From: Eledone cirrhosa
Taxonomy: Eukaryota
DNA length: 64,000 nucleotides
Reading direction: 5' to 3'
NCBI GenBank assembly: GCA_964016885.1
Contig: OZ024744.1
Coordinates: forward strand, 119,722,001-119,786,000
Below the pieces are notes generated by a model. The model did no database searches. It worked only from the letters and a program-made list of their open reading frames with translations, and was not told the origin of the DNA. Below, one piece after another: positions 53,900 through 64,000 of this stretch (within the stretch, counting starts at the first letter, position 1; each line of letters opens with the position of its first letter). The position numbers and the translations under genes were made by a program.

Positions 53900-56800
53900 G
53901 ACATTCTAACCACATGTCATAGTATCAGAGCTGTGATCTCTCAATTCAGAGATTCTTTCCTGAGACATTCTAACCACATGTCATAGTAGCGGAGCTGTGA
54001 TTTCTCAATTCAGTGATTATTTCCTGATATATTCTAACCCCATATCATAGTATCAGAGCTGTGATCTCTCAATTCAGAGATTCTTTACTGAGATATTGTA
54101 ACCACATGTCATAGTATCAGGGCTGTGATCTCTCAATTCAGAGATTCTTTCCTGGGATATTCGAACCTCATGTCATAGTATCAGAGCTGTGATCTCTCAA
54201 TTCAGAGATTCTATCCTGAGACATTCTAACCACATGTCATAGTATTAGAGCTGTGATCTCTCAATTCAGATATTCTTTCCTGAGACATTCTAAGCACATG
54301 TCATATTATTAAAGCTGTGATCTCTCAATTCAGAGATACTTTCCTGAGAAATTCTAACCTTATGTCTGTAGTATCAGAGCTGTGATCTCTTAATTCAGAG
54401 ATTCTTTCCTGAGATATTCTAACCACATGTAATACTATCAGAGCTGTGATCTCTCAATTCAGAGATTCTTTCCTGAGAACATCTAACCACATGTCTGTAG
54501 TATCAGAGCTGTGATCTCTTAATTCAGAGATTCTTTCCTGAGACATTCTAACCACATGTCACAGTATCAGTGCTGTGATCTCTCAATTCAGAGATTCTTT
54601 CCTGGGATATTCTAACCACATGTCATAGTATCCGAGCTGTGATCTCTCAATTCAGAGATTCTTTACTGAGATATTGTAACCACATGTCATAGTATCAGGG
54701 CTGTGATCTCTCAATTCAGAGATTCTTTCCTGGGATATTCTTACCACATGTCATAATATCAGAGCTGTGATCTCTCAATTCACATATTCTTTCCTGAGAC
54801 ATTCTAACCACATTTCAGAGGATCAGATTTGTGATCTCTCAATTCAGAGATTCTTTCCTGAGATATTCTAACCACATGTCATAGTATCAGAGCTGTGATC
54901 TCTCAATTCAGAGATTCTTTCCTGAGACATTCTAACCCCATGTCATAGTATCAGAGCTGTGATCTCTCAATTCAGAGATTCTTTCCTGAGATATTTTAAC
55001 CACATGTCATACTATCAGAGCTGTGATATCTCAATTCAGAGATTCTTTCCTGATATATTCTAACCACATGTCATAGTATCAGAGCTGTGATCTCTCAATT
55101 CAGAGATTCTTTCCTGAGACATTTTAACCACATGTCATACTATCAGAGCTGTGATATCTCAATTCAGAGATTCTTTCCTGATATATTCTAACCACATGTC
55201 ATAGTATCAGAGCTGTGATATCTCAATTCAGAGATTCTTTCCTGAGAACTTCTCACCACATGTCTGTAATATCAGAGCTGTGATCTCTCAATTCAGAGAT
55301 TTTTTCCTGAGACATTCTAACCACATGTCATATTATTAGAGCTGTGATATCTCAATTCAGAGATTCTTTCCTGAGACATTCTAACCACATGTCATAGTAT
55401 CAGAGCTGTGATATCTCCATACAGAGATTCTTTCCTGATATATTCTAACCACATGTCATAGTATCAGAGCTGTGATATCTCAATTCAGAGATTCTTTCCT
55501 GAGAACTTCTAACCACATGTCTGTAGTATCAGAGCTGTGATCTCTCAATTCAGAGATTCTTTCCTGAGATATTCTAAACACATGTCATAGTATCAGAGCT
55601 GTGATATCTCAATTCAGAGATTCTTTCCTGAGACATTCTAACCACATGTCATAGTATCAGAACTGTGATCTCTCAATTCAGAGATTCTTTCCTGAGACAT
55701 TCTAACCACATGTCATAGTATCAGAGCTGTGATCTCTCAATTCAGAGATTCTTTCCTGAGACATTCTAACCACATGTATCGGAGATATTCTTAATAGTGA
55801 TCTCTCAATTCAGAGATTCTTTCCTGAGACATTCTAACTCCGTGTCCACAGTATCAGAGCTGTGATCTCTCAATTTAGAGATTCTTTCCTGAGATATTCT
55901 AACCACATGTCATAGTATTAGAGATGTGATCTCTCAATTCAGAGATTCTTTCCTGAGACGTTCTAACCACATGTCATAGTAGCGGAGGTGTGATATCTCA
56001 ATTCAGTGATTCTTTCCTGAGATATTCTAACCACATATCATTATATCAGAGCTGTGATCTCTCAATTCAGAGATTCTTTCCTGAGATATTCTAACCACAT
56101 GTCTGTAGTATCAGAGCTGTGATCTCTCAATTCAGAGATTCTTTCCTGAGACATTCTAGCCACATGTCATAGTATCAGAGCTGTGATCTCTCAATTCAGA
56201 GATTCTTTACTGAGATATTGTAACCACATGTCATAGTATCAGGGCTGTGATCTCTCAATTCAGAGATTCTTTCCTGGGATATTCGAACCACATGTCATAG
56301 TATCAGAGCTGTGATCTCTCAATTCAGAGATTCTATCCTGAGACATTCTTACCACATGTCATAGTATCAGAGCTGTGATCTCTCAATTCAGATATTCTTT
56401 CCTGAGACATTCTAACCACATGTCATATTATTAAATCTGTGATCTCTCAATTCAGAGATTCTTTCCTGAGAAATTCTAACCTTATGTCTGTAGTATCAGA
56501 GCTGTGATCTCTCAATTCAGAGATTCTTTCCTGAGACATTCTAACCACATGTCATAGTATCAGTGCTGTGATCTCTCAATTCAGAGATTCTTTCCTAGGA
56601 TATTCTAACCACATGTCATAGTATCAGAGCTGTGATCTCTCATTTCAGAGATTCTTTCAAGAGACATTCTAACAACATGTCATAGGATCAGAGATGTGAT
56701 CTCTCAATTCAGAGATTCTTTCCTGAGATATTCAAACCACATGTCATACTATCAGCGCTGTGATCTCTCAATTTAGGGATTCTTTACTGAGATATTGTAA

Positions 56801-59800
56801 CCACATGTCATAGTATCAGGGCTGTGATATCTCAATTCAGAGATTCTTTCCTGATATATTGTAACCACATGTCATATTATCAGAGCTGTGATATCTCAAT
56901 TCAGAGATTCTTTCCTGAGAACTTCTCACCACATGTCTGTAGTATCAGAGCTGTGATTTCTCAATTCAGAGATTTTTTCCTGAGACATTCTAACCACATG
57001 TCATATTATTTAAGCTGTGATATCTCAATTCAGAGATTCTTTCCTGAGACATTCTAACCACATGTCATAGTATCAGAGCTGTGATCTCTCAATTCAGAGA
57101 TTCTTTCCTGGGACATTCTAACCACATGTCATAGTATCCGAGCTGTGATCTCTCAATTCAGAGATTCTTTCCTGAGACATTCTAACCACATGTCATAGTA
57201 TCAGAGCTGTGATCTCTCAATTCAGAGATTCTTTCCTGAGACATTCTAACCACATGTCATAGTAGCGGAGCTGTGATATCTCAATTCAGTGATTCTTTCC
57301 TGAGATATTCTAACCCCATATCATAGTATCAGAGCTGTGACCTCTCAATTCAGAGATTCTTTACTGAGATATTGTAACCACATGTCATAGTATCAGGGCT
57401 GTGATCTCTCAATTCAGAGATTCTTTCCTGGGATATTCGAACCACATGTCATAGTATCAGAGCTGTGATCTCTCAATTCAGAGATTCTATCCTGAGACAT
57501 TCTAACCACATGTCATATTATCAGAGCTGTGATCTCTCAATTCAGATATTCTTTCCTGAGACATTCTAACCACATGTCATATTATTAAAGCTGTGATCTC
57601 TCAATTCAGAGATACTTTCCTGAGAAATTCTAACCTTATGTCTGTAGTATCAGAGCTGTGATCTCTTAATTCAGAGATTCTTTCCTGAGATATTCTAACC
57701 ACATGTAATACTATCAGAGCTGTGATCTCTCAATTCAGAGATTCTTTCCTGAGAACATCTAACCACATGTCTGTAGTATCAGAGCTGTGATCTCTCAATT
57801 CAGAGATTCTTTCCTGAGACATTCTAACCACATGTCACAGTATGAGTGCTGTGATCTCTCAATTCAGAGATTCTTTCCTGGAATATTCTAACCACATGTC
57901 ATAGTATCCGAGCTGTGATCTCTCAATTCAGAGATTCTTTACTGAGATATTGTAACCACATGTCATAGTATCAGGGCTGTGATCTCTCAATTCAGAGATT
58001 CTTTCCTGGGATATTCTTACCACATGTCATAATATCAGAGCTGTGATCTCTCAATTCACATATTCTTTCCTGAGACATTCTAACCACATGTCAGAGGATC
58101 AGATTTGTGATCTCTCAATTCAGAGATTCTTTCCTGAGACATTCTAACCCCATGTCATAGTATCAGAGCTGTGATCTCTCAACAGAGATTCTTTCCTGAT
58201 ATTTTCTAACCACATGTCATAGTATCAGAGCTGTGATCTCTCAATTCAGAGATTCTTTCCTGAGATATTCTAACCACATGTCATAGTATCAGAGCTGTGA
58301 TCTCTCAATTCAGAGATTCTTTCTTGAGACATTTTAACCACATGTCATACTATCAGAGCTGTGATATCTCAATTCAGAGATTCTTTCCTGCTATATTCTA
58401 ACCACATGTCATAGTATCAGAGCTGTGATATCTCAATTCAGAGATTCTTTCCTGAGAACTTCTCACCACATGTCTGTAATATCAGAGCTGTGATCTCTCA
58501 ATTCAGAGATTTTTTCCTGAGACATTCTAACCACATGTCATATTATTAGAGCTGTGATATCTCAATTCAGAGATTCTTTCCTGAGACATTCTAACCACAT
58601 GTCATAGTATCAGAGCTGTGATCTCTCAATTTAGAGATTCATTCCTGATATATTCTAACCACATGTCATAGTATCAGAGCTGTGATCTCTCAATTCAGAG
58701 ATTCTTTCCTGAGAACTTCTAACCACATGCCTGTCGTATCAGAGCTGTGATCTCTCAATTCAGAGATTCTTTCCTGAGATATTCTAAACACATATCATAG
58801 TATCAGAGCTGTGATCTCTCAATTCAGAGATTCTTTCCTGAGACATTCTAACCACATGTCATAGTATCAGAGCTGTGATCTCTCAATTCAGAGATTCTTT
58901 CCTGAGACATTCTAACCACATGTATCAGAGATATTCTTAATAGTGATCTCTCAATTCAGAGATTCTTTCCTGAGACATTCTAACTCCGTGTCCACAGTAT
59001 CAGAGCTGTGATCTCTCAATTTAGAGATTCTTTCCTGAGATATTCTAACCACATGTCATTGTATTAGAGATGTGATCTCTCAATTCAGAGATTCTTTCCT
59101 GAGACATTCTAACCACATGTCTCTAGTATCAAAGCTGTATGCTCTCAATTCAGAGATTCTTTCCTGAGATATTCTAACCACATATCATTATATCAGAGCT
59201 GTGATCTCTCAATTCAGAGATTCTTTCCTGAGATATTCTAACCACATGTCTGTAGTATCAGAGCTGTGATCTCTCAATTCAGAGATTCTTTCCTGAGACA
59301 TTATAACCACATGTCACAGTATCAGAGCTGTGATATCTCAATTCAGAGATTCTTTCCTGGGATATTCTAACCACATGTCATAGTATCAGAGCTGTGATCT
59401 CTCAATTCAGAGATTCTTTACTGAGATATTGTAACCACATGTCATAGTATCAGGGCTGTGATCTCTCAATTCAGAGATTCTTTCCTGGGATATTCGAACC
59501 ACATGTCATAGTATCAGAGCTGTGATCTCTCAATTCAGAGATTCTATCCTGAGACATTCTAACCACATGTCATAGTATCAGAGCTGTGATCTCTCAATTC
59601 AGATATTCTTTCCTGAGACATTCTAACCACATGTCATATTATTAAAGCTGTGATCTCTCAATTCAGAGATTCTTTCCTGAGAAGTTCTAACCTTATGTCT
59701 GTAGTATCAGAGCTGTGATCTCTCAATTCAGAGATTCTTTCCTGAGACATTCTAACCACATGTCATATTATCAGTGCTGTGATCTCTCAATTCAGAGATT

Positions 59801-62800
59801 CTTTCCTAAGATATTCTAACCACATGTCATAGTATCAGAGCTGTGATCTCTCAATTCAGATATTCTTTCCTGAGACATTCTAACCACATGTCATATTATT
59901 AAAGCTGTGATCTCTCAATTCAGAGATTCTTTCCTGAGAAATTCTAACCTTATGTCTGTAGTATCAGAGCTGTGATCTCTCAATTCAGAGATTCTTTCCT
60001 GAGACATTCTAACCACATGTCAGAGGATCAGAGCTGTGATCTCTCAATTCAGAGATTCTTTCCTGAGACATTCTAACCACATGTCATAGTATCAGAGCTG
60101 TGATATCTCAATTCAGAGATTCTTTCCTGAGACATTCTAACCACATGTCATATTATTAGAGCTGTGATCTCTCAATTCAGATATTCTTTCATGAGACATT
60201 CTTACCACATGTCATAGTATCAGAGCTGTGATCTCTCAATTTAGAGATTCTTTCCTGAGATATTCTAACCACATGTCATAGTATCAGAGCTGTGATCTCT
60301 AAATTCAGAGATTCTTTGCTGGGATATTCTTACCACATGTCATAATATCAGAACTGTGATCTCTCAATTCAGAGATTCTTTCCTGAGACATACTAACTCC
60401 GTGTCCACAGTATCAGAGCTGTGATCTCTCAATTTAGAGATTCTTTCCTGAGATATTCTAACCACATGTCTGTAGTATCAGAGCTGTATGCTCTCAATTC
60501 AGAGATTCTTTCCTGGGACATTCTAACCACATGTCATAGTAGCGGAGCTGTGATATCTCAATTCAGAGATTCTTTCCTGAGATATTCTAACCACATGTCT
60601 GTAGTATCAGAGCTGTGATCTTTCAATTCAGAGATTCTTTCCTGAGACATTCTAACCACATGTCACAGTATCAGATCTGTGATCTCTAAATTCAGAGATT
60701 CTTTCCTGGGATATTCTAACCACATGTCATAGTATCAGAGCTGTGATCTCTCAATTCAGAGATTCTTTACTGAGATATTGTAACCACATGTCATAGTATT
60801 AGAGCTGTGATCTCTCAATTCAGAGATTCTTTCCTGGGATATTCGAACCACATGTCATAGTATCAGAGCTGTGATCTCTCAATTCAGAGATTCTATCCTG
60901 AGACATTCTAACCACATGTCATAGTATCAGAGCTGTGATCTCTCAATTTAGAGATTCTTTCATGAGATATTCTAACCACATGTCATAGTATCAGAGCTGT
61001 GATCTCTCAATTTAGAGATTCTTTCATGAGATATTCTAACCACATGTCATAGTATCAGAGCTGTGATCTCTCAGTTCAGAGATTCTTTCCTGAGACTTTC
61101 TAACCACATGTCATAGTATCAGAGCTGTAATCTCTCAATTTAGATATTCTTTCCTGATATATTCTAACCTCATGTCATAGTATCAGAGCTGTGATGTCTC
61201 AATTCAGAGATTCTTTCTTGAGACATTCTAACTCCATGTCCACAGTATCAGAGCTGTGAACTCTCAATTCAGAGATTCTTTCCTGAGACATTCTAACCAC
61301 ATGTCATTTTATCAGAGCTGTGATCTCTCAATTCAGAGATTCTTTCCTGAGACATTCTAACCACATGTCATAGTATCAGATCTGTGATCTCTCAATTCAG
61401 AGATTCTTTCCTGAGATATTCTAACCACATGTCATAGTATCAGAGCTGTGATCTCTCAATTCAGAGATTCTTTCCTGAGACATTCTAACCACATGTCATA
61501 TTATCAGAGCTGTGATCTCGTAATTCAGAGATTCTTTCCTGAGACATTCTAACCACATGTCATAGTATTAGAGCTGTGATCTCTCAATTCAGAGATTCTT
61601 TCCTGAGACATTCTAACCACATCTCATAGTATCAGAACTGTGATCTCTCAATTCAGAGATTCATTCCTGAGACATTCTAACCACATGTCATAGTATCAGA
61701 TCTGTGATATCTCGATTGAGAGATTCTTTCCTGAGACATTCTAACCACATGTCATAGTATCACAACTGTGATCTCTCAATTCAGAGATTCTTTCCTGAGA
61801 CATTCTAACCACATGTCATAGTATCAGAGCTGTGATATCTCAATTGAGAGATTCTTTCCTGAGACATTCTAACCACATGTCATAGTATCAGATCTGTGAT
61901 CTCTCAATTCAGAGATTCTTTCCTGGGATATTCTAACCACATGTCATAGTATCAGATCTGAGATCTTTCAATTCAGAGATTCTTTCCTGAGATATTCTAA
62001 CCACATGTCATAGTGTCAGAGCTGTGATCTCTCAATTCAGAGATTCTTTCCTGAGACATTCTAACCACATGTCATAGTATTAGAGCTGTGATATCTCAAT
62101 TCAGAGATTCTTTCCTGAGACATTCTAACCACATGTCATAGGATCAGAGATGTGATCTCTCAATTCAGAGATTCTTTCCTGAGATATTCAAACCACATGT
62201 CATAGTATCAGAGCTGTGATCTCTCAATTCAGAGATTCGTTCCTGAGACATTCTAACCACATGTCATAGTATTAGAGCTGCGATCTCTCAATTCAGAGAT
62301 TCTTTCCTGAGACATTCTAACCACATGTCATATTATTAGAGCTGTGATCTCTCAATTCAGATATTCTTTCCTGAGACATTCTTACCACATGTCATAGTAT
62401 CAGAGCTGTGATCTCTCAATTTAGAGATTCTTTCCTGGGATATTCTAAACACATGTCATAGTATCAGAGCTGTGATCTCTCAATTCAGAGATTCTTTCCT
62501 GGGATATTCTTACCACATGTCATAATATCAGAGCTGTAATCTCTCAATTCACATATTCTTTCCTGAGACATTCTAACCACATGTCAGAGGATCAGATTTG
62601 TGATCTCTCAATTCAGAGATTCTTTCCTGAGATATTCTAACCACATGTCATAGTATCAGAGCTGTGATCTCTCAATTCAGAGATTCTTTCCTGAGACATT
62701 CAACCACATGTCATAGTATCAGAGCTGTGATCTCTCAATTCAGAGATTCGTTCCTGAGACATTTTAACCACATGTCATACTATCAGAGCTGTGATATCTC

Positions 62801-64000
62801 AATTCAGAGATTCTTTCCTGATATATTCTAACCACATGTCATAGTATCAGAGCTGTGATCTCTCAATTCAGAGATTCTTTCCTGAGAACATCTAACCACA
62901 TGTCTGTAGTATCAGAGCTGTGATCTCTCAATTCAGAGATTCTTTCCTGAGACATTCTAACCACATGTCATAGTATCAAAGCTGTGATCTCTCAATTCAG
63001 ATATTCTTTCCTGAGACATTCTAACCACATGTCATATTATTAAAGCTGTGATCTCTCAATTCAGAGATTCTTTCCTGAGAAATTCTAACCTTATGTCTGT
63101 AGTATCAGAGATGTGATCTCTCAATTCAGAGATTCTTTCCTGAGACATTCTAACCTTATGTCTGTAGTATCAGCGCTGTGATCTCTCAATTTAGGGATTC
63201 TTTCCTGAGACATTCTAACCACATGTCATAGTATCAGAGCTGTGATATCTCAATTCAGAGATTCTTTCCTGAGACATTCTAACCACATGTCATATTATTA
63301 GAGCTGTGATCTCTCAATTCAGATATTCTTTCCTGAGACATTCTTACCACATGTCATAGTATCAGAGCTGTGATCTCTCAATTTAGAGATTCTTTCCTGA
63401 GATATTCTAACCACATGTCATAGTATCAGAGCTGTGATCTCTCGATTCAGAGATTCTTTCCTGGGATATTCTTACCACATGTCATAATATCAGAGCTGTG
63501 ATCTATCAATTCACATATTCTTTCCTGAGACATTCTAACCACATGTCAGAGGATCAGATTTGTGATCTCTCAATTCAGAGATTCTTTCCTGAGGTATTCT
63601 AACCACATGTCATAGTATCAGAGCTGTGATCTCTCAATTCAGAGATTCTTTCCTGAGACATTCTAACCCCATGTCATAGTATCAGAGCTGTGATCTCTCA
63701 ATTCAGAGATTCTTTCCTGAGACATTCTAACTCCATGTCCACAGTATCAGAGCTGTGATCTCTCAATTTAGAGATTCTTTCCTGAGATATTCTAACCACA
63801 TGTCATAGTATTAGAGATGTGATCTCTCAATTCAGAGATTCTTTCCTGAGACATTCTAACCACATGTCTGTAGTATCAGAGCTGTATGCTCTCAATTCAG
63901 AGATTCTTTCCTGAGATATTCTAACCACATGTCTGTAGTATCAGAGCTGTGATCTTTCAATTCAGAGATTCTTTCCTGAGACATTCTAACCACATGTCAT
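53900..64000 (+). repeat. More divergent satellite zone lacking large near-identical duplications
   Basis: Many private variants, e.g. TAAGCACATG 54291, GAGACGTT ~55955, TTTCAAGAG ~56655, TCAGTTCAG 61071, TCTCGTAATT ~61516, CTCGATTGAG 61711 and CACAACTGTG 61761. The standard monomer order is largely lost at ~60.9-62.1 kb. Confidence 0.75.

Larger units (their letters stand above)
1..64000 (+). repeat. Satellite DNA tandem array, 64-bp monomer, about 1,000 head-to-tail copies, running off both window ends
   Basis: The unit TATCAGAGCTGTGATCTCTCAATTCAGAGATTCTTTCCTGAGACATTCTAACCACATGTCATAG starts at 1, 65, 129 and so on, and continues to 64000. Most copies differ from consensus by only a few substitutions. 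Length variants of 63 bp (TTCTTCC), 65 bp (TGTCTGTAG; CTCCGTGTCCACAG) and 68 bp occur. I saw no non-satellite sequence and no inverted monomers. Confidence 0.99.

Noticed and set aside
29869-57057. Eight 77-86 aa ORFs (MISQFRDSFL...) as a multicopy gene family
   Set aside because: They start at GTG inside ordinary monomers and stay open only where a few variants remove stops across about four monomers. The 64-bp period is not a multiple of 3, so the peptide cycles through frames. Their spacing (7443, 8086) mirrors the block duplications.
60421-60618. 65 aa ORF
   Set aside because: Same satellite read-through artefact, with no recognisable domain or gene context.
1-64000. CRISPR array (palindromic repeat, ~64-bp period)
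   Set aside because: The period resembles repeat plus spacer, but the whole 64 bp is conserved. There are no unique spacers, leader or cas genes.
1-64000. Embedded transposon, tRNA/5S-derived unit, or strand inversion
   Set aside because: I saw no non-monomer segment longer than about 20 bp, no Pol III A/B boxes or cloverleaf, and no reverse-complement monomers on reading through.

Overview
The whole 64 kb window is one uninterrupted head-to-tail satellite DNA array with about 1,000 copies of a 64-bp, ~39% GC monomer (consensus TATCAGAGCTGTGATCTCTCAATTCAGAGATTCTTTCCTGAGACATTCTAACCACATGTCATAG). All copies read on the same strand. I found no supportable genes, RNA genes, transposons or CRISPR spacers, and the listed ORFs are by-products of the repeat. 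The interest is in the architecture. Variant monomers recur in a conserved order, forming a loose higher-order unit of about 44-49 monomers (~2.8-3.1 kb). On top of this lies a chain of overlapping and nested tandem block duplications with offsets of 642, 2571/2635, 3599/3591, 2891, 6678, 7443/7507 and 7957/8086 bp. Several junctions show microhomology or templated-insertion scars. Sequence divergence rises toward the right end. The monomer is tiled by three short dyad symmetries. I cannot name the organism or satellite family from the sequence; a eukaryotic heterochromatic or centromeric origin is inference. Block boundaries were derived by eye from diagnostic variants, not from a computed alignment.
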